IMG/VR virus record: IMGVR_UViG_3300022876_000185
Length of the DNA stretch: 20,000 bases
Source: an uncultured virus (IMG/VR IMGVR_UViG_3300022876_000185)
Taxonomy: Duplodnaviria; Heunggongvirae; Uroviricota; Caudoviricetes
Reading direction: 5' to 3' (one strand)
Shown: positions 7,482 through 15,808 of the stretch, piece after piece
How the letters are laid out: each line of letters opens with the position of its first letter
How positions within the stretch are numbered: position 1 is the first letter of the stretch
Notes under the pieces: generated by a model
What the model saw: only the letters and a program-made list of their open reading frames with translations
Database searches by the model: none
What the model was told of the DNA's origin: nothing
Translations under genes and position numbers: made by a program

Positions 7482-7701
7482 CTACATCCCACACTTTCTT
7501 GGTATGCCAGCCTTCATGTGTATACTGTTGCACCCATTCTGATTTGTAAGGCATAATGACACTTGCTTCACATCCATCAACGATGATGGCCATTTCGATA
7601 TAACGTGTAAATGGATTGGGTATGGCCTTCCACAATCTACCCTGTGGCTGTTTTGACTTCTTCACCGACTGAACAATAGGAATCCCATTGCGCATGTTCA
7701 C
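7462..7701 (-). CDS. Hypothetical phage protein
   Basis: 79 aa ORF tightly packed in the operon. Confidence 0.6.
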   Translation of the reverse strand: MNMRNGIPIVQSVKKSKQPQGRLWKAIPNPFTRYIEMAIIVDGCEASVIMPYKSEWVQQYTHEGWHTKKVWDVDERRNA

Positions 7702-7706
7702 GATGG

Positions 7707-8246
7707 TTAGAACGCCCCTCTCTTTAAGTAGTTCTTCATCTGGTAATAGAAATGGTAGTAAATAAAATTCCCACTAAACTTATTATCTAAGTAGACAATT
7801 TCAAAGCCGTAACGAGCTTTGAAAGTATTTAACGAGCCAAGTAATGCAAGTGGATCGTATTTACTTCTGTAGTTTCCGTTTAGTATTTTTTTATAGCCTT
7901 CAGGATCTTCAAGTAGGATTGTAAATGGCATATCCTTTGCTCGAATTAATTCATTTTCAAAGCGTGTACGCTCGTCCTTACCTAAGTTGCCTACAATCTC
8001 ATCTACGCTTGCTTTGCGTTCAACTCCACTGTTCAAATAAATATCTCGCATGATGCCAAGCTCTTCGTTTTTAGGTAGCATAGCTGTGTAATCGCCAGTG
8101 TCAAGTTTCTTTAATTTGATTGGAACATCCTTGCTACGTAAATATTCAAGAATATGACCGTTTACTTGTTCGCGAGTATCAACCACGATTGTCATGGATT
8201 TTAAGATTTTATTTAGTTCAGTATCCGTGTAATGGTAGTGAATCAT
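7707..8246 (-). CDS. ERCC4-domain nuclease (probable Holliday junction resolvase)
   Basis: VDTREQ, LDTGDY, VERK motifs. Confidence 0.9.
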   Translation of the reverse strand: MIHYHYTDTELNKILKSMTIVVDTREQVNGHILEYLRSKDVPIKLKKLDTGDYTAMLPKNEELGIMRDIYLNSGVERKASVDEIVGNLGKDERTRFENELIRAKDMPFTILLEDPEGYKKILNGNYRSKYDPLALLGSLNTFKARYGFEIVYLDNKFSGNFIYYHFYYQMKNYLKRGAF

Positions 8247-8527
8247 TGTGAATCACCTTCTAATTCTTCAACCTCCACCTCTACCCACTCAAAATGTTTC
8301 ATTATGTGTGTATAGCCAGCGTTGCAAATTGCATCTTCACCAAATTTCTCAAAAATGGCTTTTTCCCAATTTTTCATCCATTCTTCAGCTGCACTTTTAT
8401 CAAAAATGATATTTGCCTCGTTTAAATCTTTTGTTATCTCAATATCTTCATCTTCTGCATAGTATTGAGGAATTTCGTTATCATTAAATTCATCTTTTAA
8501 GCGTAAAACCCACGCTTCCTTTTTCAT
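8243..8527 (-). CDS. Hypothetical acidic phage protein
   Basis: Start probably ATG 8527 (RBS GAGGAGG); ATGA overlap with the ERCC4 gene. Confidence 0.7.
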   Translation of the reverse strand: MKKEAWVLRLKDEFNDNEIPQYYAEDEDIEITKDLNEANIIFDKSAAEEWMKNWEKAIFEKFGEDAICNAGYTHIMKHFEWVEVEVEELEGDSQ

Positions 8528-8636
8528 TCTCTTAACCTCCTCATTTTCGCCTAATACCAGCACCGTACAGATGTTCTATTTACAAGTTGGATATATTTAT
8601 CATCCGTCCTTTAAAACGTCTTAAAACGTCTGTAAA

Positions 8637-9059
8637 TCACTTATTTTGATTAGCATATAAAACAGCACTTTCGTACAATTTTTTCTTAATGATATTTGAA
8701 GCTTCATTTTCAAATTGTCGATAGTCTTCATAAATGTCTTTCCATCCGTTCTTAGTTAATGTTTCTTGCCACTCCATGAACAACATCAATGCATCGACAT
8801 CCTCGCATATCCATTCATTCAACTTTGGATTGTGCTGCCATCCACAGGCTTGATGTATCATCATTCGCATGTGTTTATCGATACCATTAGCTTCTTCCCA
8901 AGATTTAAGCCACTTTTTTATATCTTCAAAAATTACTTCTCCAGCCTTTATTGCATCAACTGGAATGTTATCACCATGATCTATATGAACATCATTTTCT
9001 TTCAGATAAATCGTTGCTCCTGATTTCCAAATGATTGATAGAAACATTAAAACTTGCAA
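8637..9059 (-). CDS. Hypothetical protein downstream of primase/origin
   Basis: 140 aa, TTG start with RBS GAGGTGA. Confidence 0.75.
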   Translation of the reverse strand: MQVLMFLSIIWKSGATIYLKENDVHIDHGDNIPVDAIKAGEVIFEDIKKWLKSWEEANGIDKHMRMMIHQACGWQHNPKLNEWICEDVDALMLFMEWQETLTKNGWKDIYEDYRQFENEASNIIKKKLYESAVLYANQNK

Positions 9060-9074
9060 TCTATCACCTCACAA

Positions 9075-9372
9075 TTAATGAATAGTTAAAAATCCGTTAT
9101 CAAATTGTTACGGAAAATCACTATAAATTATCGAAGTGTTACTAAAAATAACTCTTTTGAACCTTAGAGTCCCAAGGGTTTGGAGATTTTCGTTATTTTT
9201 ATTACTCGTTCTGGGGATTACGCTCTATATATAATATATATTTATATTTTTTTATTTTTTATTAATATACAAAACAAATAACAAAAGTAATTATTATAAA
9301 TAAAAACTACCTTCAAACCGTTGATACATAAGGATTTCTAAGAGATTTTAAAAGTGTTACTTTTCATAACTT
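9075..9372. other. Probable phage replication origin
   Basis: Non-coding gap right after the primase-helicase gene; GTTA at 9085/9096/9107 (11-bp period); AAGTGTTACT-N5-TAACT at 9134 and 9352; pure A/T run about 9226-9269. Confidence 0.7.
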
Positions 9373-11719
9373 TTTCTTCGCTTTCATCGTTTTCTAATAA
9401 TTCTTGTTGGGTAAAACTACTTTTTCGTTCTATTAAAGTAACACCGAAGATGAAGTATTTATTTCCTGTACCGCGTTCACGTTTAAAACCTTGTGATTCT
9501 AAGATTCTATAAAACGCTCGATTTTTTAATTGATGTTCACCATTTTTATAGCACCAGTTGGAATAAACCTCGTATAACTCTTTTGCTTCAATTTTCATTC
9601 CGTCTTGCTTGTAACATCGTTCAAACATAAACGGTCCAAGAATGTCCATTTCGTCTTTATAATCACCTGTAGCTTTCATAACGATCCTTGGTTCATTCAA
9701 CCCCATCTGCTGCCACTTCAAGCAACCTTCGATAGCCCAATTCAAGATGCCTGGCATTTCAAGTGACAACTTTTCAGGTAGCTTTTTATCACGCTTTTCC
9801 TTTGGTAGTTGTAGGTTAAATGGGATTAATCGAATACGCCTCCAGATACCTTCGTCTACACCTTTGATTACTGGTTTATGGTTAGTCGTAAAGAACACCT
9901 TGAACTCTGGAATGAACTCAAAATATTCTTGTCGTAGAAAGCGCGCTAATACTGGCTCCCCACCTGTAATTTGCTTTACGAAAGCTTCCGACAATTGTTC
10001 TCCATCTTCCGATTCAATCGCTGATACAAAACGGCTGCCGACCAATCGGGCAATGTCATTGTTCGCTCCAGTTTCCTTTTTCTTAATAAACGTGTCCGAT
10101 TTAGCTTGTTTGCCGTATTCGCCCATGAGGTCCTTAATCGTATTAATAAACGTTGATTTACCATTGCTACCCCCTCCAATTAGGAAGACCATGATTTGTT
10201 CGCTTATTTCACCTGTTAAGCTGTAGCCTATTAGACGTTGCATGTACTCAATCAACTCTTCGTCACCCTGAAATATTTGCACTAAGAAACTTAACCATTC
10301 AGGACATTTTGCTGATTCATCAAACATGATATTTGTTATTTTTGTTATGCCGAGCTCACGATCATGTGGTTGCAACTTACCTGTTTTCAAATCTACGATG
10401 CCATTTGCAACATTGAATAAATATTTATGTCGATCAAATTCTTCTCGATCACCTGGTACAAGCGACATTAAAAACGACAAGCTATTTTTATGAACATTTA
10501 ATCGCTCACACATCTTCGCCCATTTTTGTTCGCCTTCATCTTCGGATTTGTACAACCCTCGTAAGACCTTAGCTGCAATACGATAAATTTCTTTCCTGTT
10601 ATCAATCTTCCATCGCTTGCCGTCCCAAATGAGCCAGCCCATGTCATTTACATATTTGATTGCATGGCCGTATTCATCTGCTATTCTTTCAGCGTTTCCT
10701 AGTTCGGTTAAACGAAATTTCTTTTTCGGCTTGTCCTCCACAGCCTCTTCATCATTACCATGAAAGTCAAACGAAAATTCTTCATAATGTTGCTGGTCTA
10801 ACACAGTTGTGGTAGTGGAGGAAATGGCTTCAGCTATTGTACGTTCACCATACGTTTCACCTGTATCGCTAAAGTGAATCCTGTCCCATTTGTCACGCAT
10901 AAGGCTTGTTTCCCTAAACATTGAATCCATTCTAGAAGCGCTTTTACCAGTCCAAAATGCCAAATGATTACACAATGCTAAATCACTAGATGAATGATCA
11001 TCATTTATTAAATTTCCGTTATACAATGAACGTATTTCATCACCACTTTTTGACCTGAACATTCGCTCCCAAAGCGCATCATTTGAAAGTTTAATTTCAT
11101 CATTTTCATATTCAGCGAGGTTCACGCGGCCTTTTATGTCGCTATCATCAAAATACTTTTCAAAAATCTCTGCCAGCTCGTCAGTACGATCATATATTTG
11201 ATTAGAATTCTCACGATTGCCAGTCATGGTGAAGTAACGGCCATATTGGTAAATTTCTAAACCATGCTTTGCACTTTTACGACCAGTACCTACTACAGAC
11301 TGTGGAAGGCTACCCTTGATAATGATATGAATGCCTGTACCACTCACGCTAAACTCGGTATAGCTGTCTAATGTATCTATAATTTCTTGAGCAAAAGTGT
11401 TAACTATTGGATTGGCCTTATTCGTATCATCTGCTGCATACGTGACGCATTTATCAATATCAATACCGATATAACTGTCTTGTCGTGAGAATACGAAGCC
11501 TATCCCATCTGCATTTGATTCTGTATAAAACTTGGCTGCTGTTGCAAATGAGGACCATGTACGACGGTCATTACTTCTAGCTTCGTTCCCATCTACTTGA
11601 TACGGTATTTTTGTATATCGGCCACCTTTTTCTTCTGCCCTCCACAGAATCCATTGGTGTAGCATTCGTAATTCTGAAGGTATTTCATTAAAATTAATTG
11701 GTATTTTCATATTTTTCAC
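9338..11719 (-). CDS. Primase-polymerase/helicase, P4 family (AEP prim-pol of NrS-1 type + D5_N + SF3 helicase)
   Basis: GIDIDKC and EFSVSGTGIHII (AEP motifs); SSSDLALCNHLAFW helical domain; TELGNAER (D5_N); Walker A GGGSNGKST; TNHKP and IWRRI SF3 motifs. Confidence 0.95.
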   Translation of the reverse strand: MKNMKIPINFNEIPSELRMLHQWILWRAEEKGGRYTKIPYQVDGNEARSNDRRTWSSFATAAKFYTESNADGIGFVFSRQDSYIGIDIDKCVTYAADDTNKANPIVNTFAQEIIDTLDSYTEFSVSGTGIHIIIKGSLPQSVVGTGRKSAKHGLEIYQYGRYFTMTGNRENSNQIYDRTDELAEIFEKYFDDSDIKGRVNLAEYENDEIKLSNDALWERMFRSKSGDEIRSLYNGNLINDDHSSSDLALCNHLAFWTGKSASRMDSMFRETSLMRDKWDRIHFSDTGETYGERTIAEAISSTTTTVLDQQHYEEFSFDFHGNDEEAVEDKPKKKFRLTELGNAERIADEYGHAIKYVNDMGWLIWDGKRWKIDNRKEIYRIAAKVLRGLYKSEDEGEQKWAKMCERLNVHKNSLSFLMSLVPGDREEFDRHKYLFNVANGIVDLKTGKLQPHDRELGITKITNIMFDESAKCPEWLSFLVQIFQGDEELIEYMQRLIGYSLTGEISEQIMVFLIGGGSNGKSTFINTIKDLMGEYGKQAKSDTFIKKKETGANNDIARLVGSRFVSAIESEDGEQLSEAFVKQITGGEPVLARFLRQEYFEFIPEFKVFFTTNHKPVIKGVDEGIWRRIRLIPFNLQLPKEKRDKKLPEKLSLEMPGILNWAIEGCLKWQQMGLNEPRIVMKATGDYKDEMDILGPFMFERCYKQDGMKIEAKELYEVYSNWCYKNGEHQLKNRAFYRILESQGFKRERGTGNKYFIFGVTLIERKSSFTQQELLENDESEEKVMKSNTFKIS

Positions 11720-11739
11720 CTTTGTATCTCATTGCAGGC

Positions 11740-11973
11740 CTAGCCTTCACTTTTTCTGCCATTTGTTTCCCTACTTTCTATTTGACTTCGCTTTAACATA
11801 ATCACTCGTTTAGGAAAACCATACTTCTTTCTAACTTCATCCCTTGTCATTCCATGTTCGATACGACAATGAGCCTTTGTGATAATTTGTCCTATATGAT
11901 GACATCCATCTACTGGACATTTGACTAACTCATCCCCCATTGAATTCCATGATGAATTTGCCATTTTTCCCAC
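11740..11973 (-). CDS. Small Zn-finger protein, Ros/MucR-like
   Basis: CPVDGC...HCRIEHGMTRDEVRKKYG resembles the MucR HGLT..EYR.K.G signature. Confidence 0.6.
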   Translation of the reverse strand: MGKMANSSWNSMGDELVKCPVDGCHHIGQIITKAHCRIEHGMTRDEVRKKYGFPKRVIMLKRSQIESRETNGRKSEG

Positions 11974-11995
11974 CTTCTCCGCAAAATTTGGGTAT

Positions 11996-12033
11996 AAAAA
12001 TAGAGAAGTCCGCCTAAAACAGACCTCTCTATT
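11996..12033 (-). terminator. Intrinsic terminator after the SSB gene
   Basis: Minus strand AAUAGAGAGGUCUG-UUUUAGG-CGGACUUCUCUAUU-UUUU. Confidence 0.75.
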
Positions 12034-12042
12034 AAGTTTTAT

Positions 12043-12489
12043 TTAGAATGGAACGTCATCTTCACCAACAACGATTGGCCCACCTTGAGGTACTGGGGCT
12101 CCTACTTGTGATTCCTTGAAGCCTTTTACCTCTGGATATTTGTTTCCGTTGTAATCACGATGCCCCACTGTAACTACTAAATTCTTGTGTAACAATGTAT
12201 CTGCCCATTCTTTATAAGAATTGAATGTTAGACCATCAGGGAATTTAGCTGCTTTTGAAATGGCTTGTAAACGCCACATAGATTTTTCAGAGATTGTAAA
12301 ATTGTCATACAGAATTTTTTGACCTTGGTGATTTTGCGGAACATCCGAACGAATTTCGTAATCCACTGTAATTTTGTTGTTACCATTAGTTGATTTACCC
12401 ATTTCATAGTTAATTACAGTTACTTCATAGTCACCGATAGCGATTAATTCAAATCCACCTTTTGCTTCTTCGTGATTAATTTTGAACAT
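12043..12489 (-). CDS. DUF669 family single-stranded DNA-binding protein
   Basis: Start ATG 12489 (RBS GGAGG); GDYEVTV motif; acidic tail EDDVPF; follows the AAA ATPase. Confidence 0.85.
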   Translation of the reverse strand: MFKINHEEAKGGFELIAIGDYEVTVINYEMGKSTNGNNKITVDYEIRSDVPQNHQGQKILYDNFTISEKSMWRLQAISKAAKFPDGLTFNSYKEWADTLLHKNLVVTVGHRDYNGNKYPEVKGFKESQVGAPVPQGGPIVVGEDDVPF

Positions 12490-12490
12490 A

Positions 12491-13429
12491 TTATTTTCCT
12501 CCAATTAATTTGATAATTTTATCGACCATAGCTACGGTCATATTTTCTAGTTGAAGATTTGCTTTAAACTCGCAATCCGAAACGATCTTAGCTACATTAG
12601 CATCTGTGGAAGACAACTCACGAATCTTAGCTACACTACTTAAACGATTAGCTTCTTCCTCTTCACGTCTTGCTCGTTCCTCTGCTTGTACATCAATACC
12701 TAATTCAAGGTAGCGATAAAGTTTTGAACCAATTTCAGGTGTGATAATAAACTCATCATCTTCAAATAAATTTGTAATGTCTTTACTTACTCTTGCCATA
12801 TGGTCCATTCCGATAGAGAACACAGTATCAAACTCATATTCCATATCATCTTTTTGAACTGGCTTCATACCAACCTTTTTAGGTACGTTTTTGCCATCGA
12901 CTTGCTCAATTACATAATCACTTTTAACTCGTAATGTTGTAATCATGTGGACGGCAGCAGTTGTTAAACCTTTTACTAACTTGCTAGATTCAGGAGCAAG
13001 CTTACCCCAGTTTTGAAACGAGTTACCTTGCATCCCACCGTGAGTTTCAACAACCCCACCTTCGCCTTGCCATTGATGCGAAAGGCTGTCCACAATAATA
13101 ACCTCTACACCTTGTTGCATTAGCAATTTAATTGCCATATTGTATCGATCTGTATTAAATGGTGGTTCGAAATTGATATATTTAAATGAACCAATAGTGA
13201 CATTTCCATGAGTTTGTCCAACATAGTTGAGTAAACGTTTGTGCTCTGTATCAGCAGCACCGATTTTCTTCCACAATTCTTCATCTGGTAAATCAGGATG
13301 TGCTTCTTTTACAATCCCATAAGCTAGAAGTAAGGCCGACAACGATTTACCACTACCTGATGGGCCAACTAAACCAATTAAGGCCTTCTGTTTCTCGCGT
13401 ATTGCATCAGCTACTTGCATGCCTTCCAC
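12491..13429 (-). CDS. Phage AAA/P-loop ATPase (AAA_24, Sak4-like recombination protein)
   Basis: Walker A GPSGSGKS, ADTE, Walker B VIIVDSLSHQWQGEGG, EYEFD; lies between Gp157 and SSB. Confidence 0.85.
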   Translation of the reverse strand: MEGMQVADAIREKQKALIGLVGPSGSGKSLSALLLAYGIVKEAHPDLPDEELWKKIGAADTEHKRLLNYVGQTHGNVTIGSFKYINFEPPFNTDRYNMAIKLLMQQGVEVIIVDSLSHQWQGEGGVVETHGGMQGNSFQNWGKLAPESSKLVKGLTTAAVHMITTLRVKSDYVIEQVDGKNVPKKVGMKPVQKDDMEYEFDTVFSIGMDHMARVSKDITNLFEDDEFIITPEIGSKLYRYLELGIDVQAEERARREEEEANRLSSVAKIRELSSTDANVAKIVSDCEFKANLQLENMTVAMVDKIIKLIGGK

Positions 13430-13441
13430 ACTCCCCTTCTA

Positions 13442-13780
13442 TTAAAATGGCACATTATCAGTAGGTGCATCTTGCTTCGTTCCTGCATTCGCGAATGGAT
13501 CTTCGAATTCTGCTAATTTTTCTTCAGTATCCACTTCATCGATTGTTAATTGACCATCTGGCGCATCTTCTTTTTCAGGACGCTTTTCCATTTCTTCCTT
13601 AGCTGTGCTGTATGTGCGTTCAAGGTCCACTAGAAAGTAGAAACCTTTTGAATTATGCTTTTCGTGAATCTTATGCATTGTTAGTGAATCATCTTGTTTA
13701 GCTTCAGTAACAATTTCCTCTGCCTCTTTAGATGAATCTGCATACCAACGTTCTTTTTGGTTAAGTAATGTTTTTGCCAT
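13442..13780 (-). CDS. Hypothetical acidic phage protein
   Basis: 112 aa, RBS GGAGG; ends in DNVPF, an SSB-like tail. Confidence 0.75.
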   Translation of the reverse strand: MAKTLLNQKERWYADSSKEAEEIVTEAKQDDSLTMHKIHEKHNSKGFYFLVDLERTYSTAKEEMEKRPEKEDAPDGQLTIDEVDTEEKLAEFEDPFANAGTKQDAPTDNVPF

Positions 13781-13792
13781 TGAATTATCCTC

Positions 13793-14266
13793 CTATCGAA
13801 TACTTAATGATTGATTTTCCACAAGTTGAGCACCTTCGATTTGCTCTCCTGCTTTAAGTGCTTTAGCTAATTCAGAACGGCTGATTGTACGTTCTACCTT
13901 CACATATTCTTGTGGAAGGCTATCAATATCTGAAACTTCAACCTTAGATGATTTGCGGAAACTGAATGTAAATTTTTCAGTTTTCACTTTGTCTTGACCA
14001 CTGCCTTGTAATGTTTCAGCAATAGCTTGTTTCATTCGAGTAACACCGTTCTCCATGATTTTTCTTCGTTCAGCTAATCGCTTTTCCTCCGATTTAATAC
14101 CTTCCACATCTGACTCAATGTTTTTGATAACCATTGCATAAGCTTCAAGCTTCTCTTCCACAGCATCAGTTATGGAAGCTAATGTATCCTCTAAACCTTC
14201 TTGTCCTTCCTCAATCATTTGTTGAAGTTGGGCATAGGCATTGTTTAATTGATAAAGACTAGCCAT
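13793..14266 (-). CDS. Siphovirus Gp157 family protein
   Basis: MASLYQL...LEDTL.SI...EEKRLAERRK...KALKAGEQIEGAQLVENQSLSIR signature. Confidence 0.92.
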   Translation of the reverse strand: MASLYQLNNAYAQLQQMIEEGQEGLEDTLASITDAVEEKLEAYAMVIKNIESDVEGIKSEEKRLAERRKIMENGVTRMKQAIAETLQGSGQDKVKTEKFTFSFRKSSKVEVSDIDSLPQEYVKVERTISRSELAKALKAGEQIEGAQLVENQSLSIR

Positions 14267-14442
14267 TATTCACCCTCCTGTGGTAAAATACCAATATCTA
14301 TAGTCTTACTTTTCTTGTCATCGGTTGCAGCCTTTGACAAGCTTTTTTTTGCCTCAATTTGGGCGTTTTGTGCATCCTCGATGTCTTGCCAGTAATCTGA
14401 TTCACGGTCGTATACATCAGCGTGTGTGTGGCCTATACGCAA
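14266..14442 (-). CDS. Hypothetical 58 aa protein (MRIGHTHADVYDRESDYWQDIED...)
   Basis: Hand-translated; TTG start with RBS GGGAGGTGA; TAATG overlap with Gp157. Confidence 0.7.
   Translation of the reverse strand: MRIGHTHADVYDRESDYWQDIEDAQNAQIEAKKSLSKAATDDKKSKTIDIGILPQEGE
14279..14350 (+). ncRNA. Candidate small antisense RNA unit (extended -10 promoter + terminator)
   Basis: TGTGGTAAAAT at 14279-14289; hairpin CTTGTCA(14314-20)/TGACAAG(14335-41) followed by T8. Confidence 0.5.
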
Positions 14443-14456
14443 TCAATCACCTCCCT

Positions 14457-14609
14457 TCATGACTGAGCTGCACGTTTTAGCGCCAGTGTCTTTAGCAAAG
14501 ATGTGTATAAGGCATCTTCCAATGGTTGTCCTTCGACTTTGGTAACACCGAACTTCTGCAGTTGTTCAATTACTGCTTTACGTTTCAACTGTTTATGCAT
14601 AGTTGTCAC
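14457..14609 (-). CDS. Small basic protein, 50 aa, weakly FbpA-like
   Basis: Hand-translated MTTMHKQLKRKAVIEQLQKFGVTKVEGQPLEDALYTSLLKTLALKRAAQS; GTG start with RBS GAGGT. Confidence 0.65.
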   Translation of the reverse strand: MTTMHKQLKRKAVIEQLQKFGVTKVEGQPLEDALYTSLLKTLALKRAAQS

Positions 14610-14621
14610 GTTTAACTACCT

Positions 14622-15011
14622 CTAATGCTGATGCAACACCATCGATGTATCACTATGTTCCTTGTATTCTTTCGCTAACTTTGGTAGGAGACTGTCACCG
14701 AAAGGTAGTCCATCATGGACCAACACTTCTTGAATGATTTGATTTGCTAAGTCTTTTAAATGGTCCCTAGAATCAATAAGCAGCTGGTTGAGGTCCTCCA
14801 CAATTTCTTTACTAGCATCCGGAAATTCAAGAACTTCTTTAAGATTGACTACACTTGCGCCCTCTGGAGCATAAGAAGCATGCTTGCTGTCATAATGCGT
14901 TGCTACTTTGCCCTCTCCATCCATAACTTGTACACTTGTAATTTGGTCCTCATGGATATTAAGACCAACCACTGATAATTTTGTACCTTTGATGTTAATT
15001 ACTGCTTTCAT
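14622..15011 (-). CDS. Hypothetical phage protein (possible frameshift near the 3' end)
   Basis: 129 aa, strong RBS AAGGAGG. Confidence 0.75.
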   Translation of the reverse strand: MKAVINIKGTKLSVVGLNIHEDQITSVQVMDGEGKVATHYDSKHASYAPEGASVVNLKEVLEFPDASKEIVEDLNQLLIDSRDHLKDLANQIIQEVLVHDGLPFGDSLLPKLAKEYKEHSDTSMVLHQH

Positions 15012-15031
15012 TTTTATTCCTCCTTATATTT

Positions 15032-15068
15032 CCTTTCTGCTAAACTATTAGTAGAAAGGTAGGTGATT
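15032..15068 (+). repeat. Promoter/RBS module copy 1 (repeated at 17075-17111)
   Basis: CCTTTCTG-C-TAAACT-ATTAG-TAGAAAGGTAGGTGATT; extended -10 inside the inverted repeat CCTTTCT/AGAAAGG. Confidence 0.75.
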
Positions 15069-15072
15069 TTAA

Positions 15073-15450
15073 GTGATATTAGATAGAGATTGTGTTAGAG
15101 ACTTACTATTAACAATTGAGTCAGATAGTTTTAATAACACACTTTTTCTTGAAAAAATTTGTGAAAATTCTAGAATGAAATTTTATTCAAAAGAAACGAT
15201 TATCTATGCAATCCAAAAACTAAACGAAGCAAATTATATAAATGCGACTATTAAATTTGCTGATAACGCACCATACTTGGTTTCAGTTAGTTCAATTACA
15301 TGGGATGGACACATTTTTTTGGATAATGTTAGAGACCCTAGTATTTGGGATAAAGTTAAAGCAAAATCATCTAAATTAACGAGCGTATCTTTACCTTTGT
15401 TGTCTGAATTAGGTCTATCTTTTATAAAAGAACAAATAGGGTTGTCTTGA
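15073..15450 (+). CDS. DUF2513 family protein
   Basis: LDRDCVRDLLLTIE...ITWDGHIFLDNVRDPSIWDKVK signature; GTG start with RBS AGGTAGGTGA; opposite strand to the operon. Confidence 0.88.
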   Translation: MILDRDCVRDLLLTIESDSFNNTLFLEKICENSRMKFYSKETIIYAIQKLNEANYINATIKFADNAPYLVSVSSITWDGHIFLDNVRDPSIWDKVKAKSSKLTSVSLPLLSELGLSFIKEQIGLS

Positions 15451-15451
15451 T

Positions 15452-15685
15452 TCAAAGTGATTTAACTGTCCAATCATTCGCCAATATATCCTCGACCTTC
15501 GGATTCCAACGTTTGCCGGGGATATACTTTTCTCCCATTTGATTAATGTATTCTTTTGCGATATGGACCACAAAACAGTCATCTGAATTTGTTGGCAAGA
15601 TTCTATATGGTTTAAATTCCTCAGCTTCCCTAGTAATGAATTGCCCTGTAGTTAAAGCAATTCTTGTTGCCTTTTGAATGTCCAT
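15452..15685 (-). CDS. DUF2829 / Thoeris anti-defence Tad2-like protein
   Basis: MDIQKAT...ITR...ILPTNS and C-terminal RWNPKVEDILANDW (W.P...D.LA.DW motif); RBS AAGGAGG. Confidence 0.75.
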   Translation of the reverse strand: MDIQKATRIALTTGQFITREAEEFKPYRILPTNSDDCFVVHIAKEYINQMGEKYIPGKRWNPKVEDILANDWTVKSL

Positions 15686-15696
15686 AAATTCCTCCT

Positions 15697-15798
15697 TTAT
15701 TTTCTAAGTGATGCTACTGCTTTATTCATCGCATTGCTGATTAACGCTAGACGTTTCTCAATCGGTAATGCCAACCATTCGGCTACTTTGATTTTCAT
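15697..15798 (-). CDS. Hypothetical 33 aa protein (MKIKVAEWLALPIEKRLALISNAMNKAVASLRK)
   Basis: Hand-translated; RBS AGGTGA; fills the gap between DUF771 and DUF2829. Confidence 0.65.
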   Translation of the reverse strand: MKIKVAEWLALPIEKRLALISNAMNKAVASLRK

Positions 15799-15808
15799 TT
15801 GGTTTCAC

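Noticed and set aside
6686..10226. ORFs 6686-6892, 7084-7386, 8766-9023, 9747-10226 (+) and 9976-10179 (-)
   Set aside because: Antisense or out-of-frame overlaps with the replication genes.
14760..15455. ORFs 14760-14975 (+) and 15234-15455 (-)
   Set aside because: Shadows of the 129-aa gene and of DUF2513. The second abuts the DUF2829 stop, so coupled translation is not fully excluded, but nothing else supports it.
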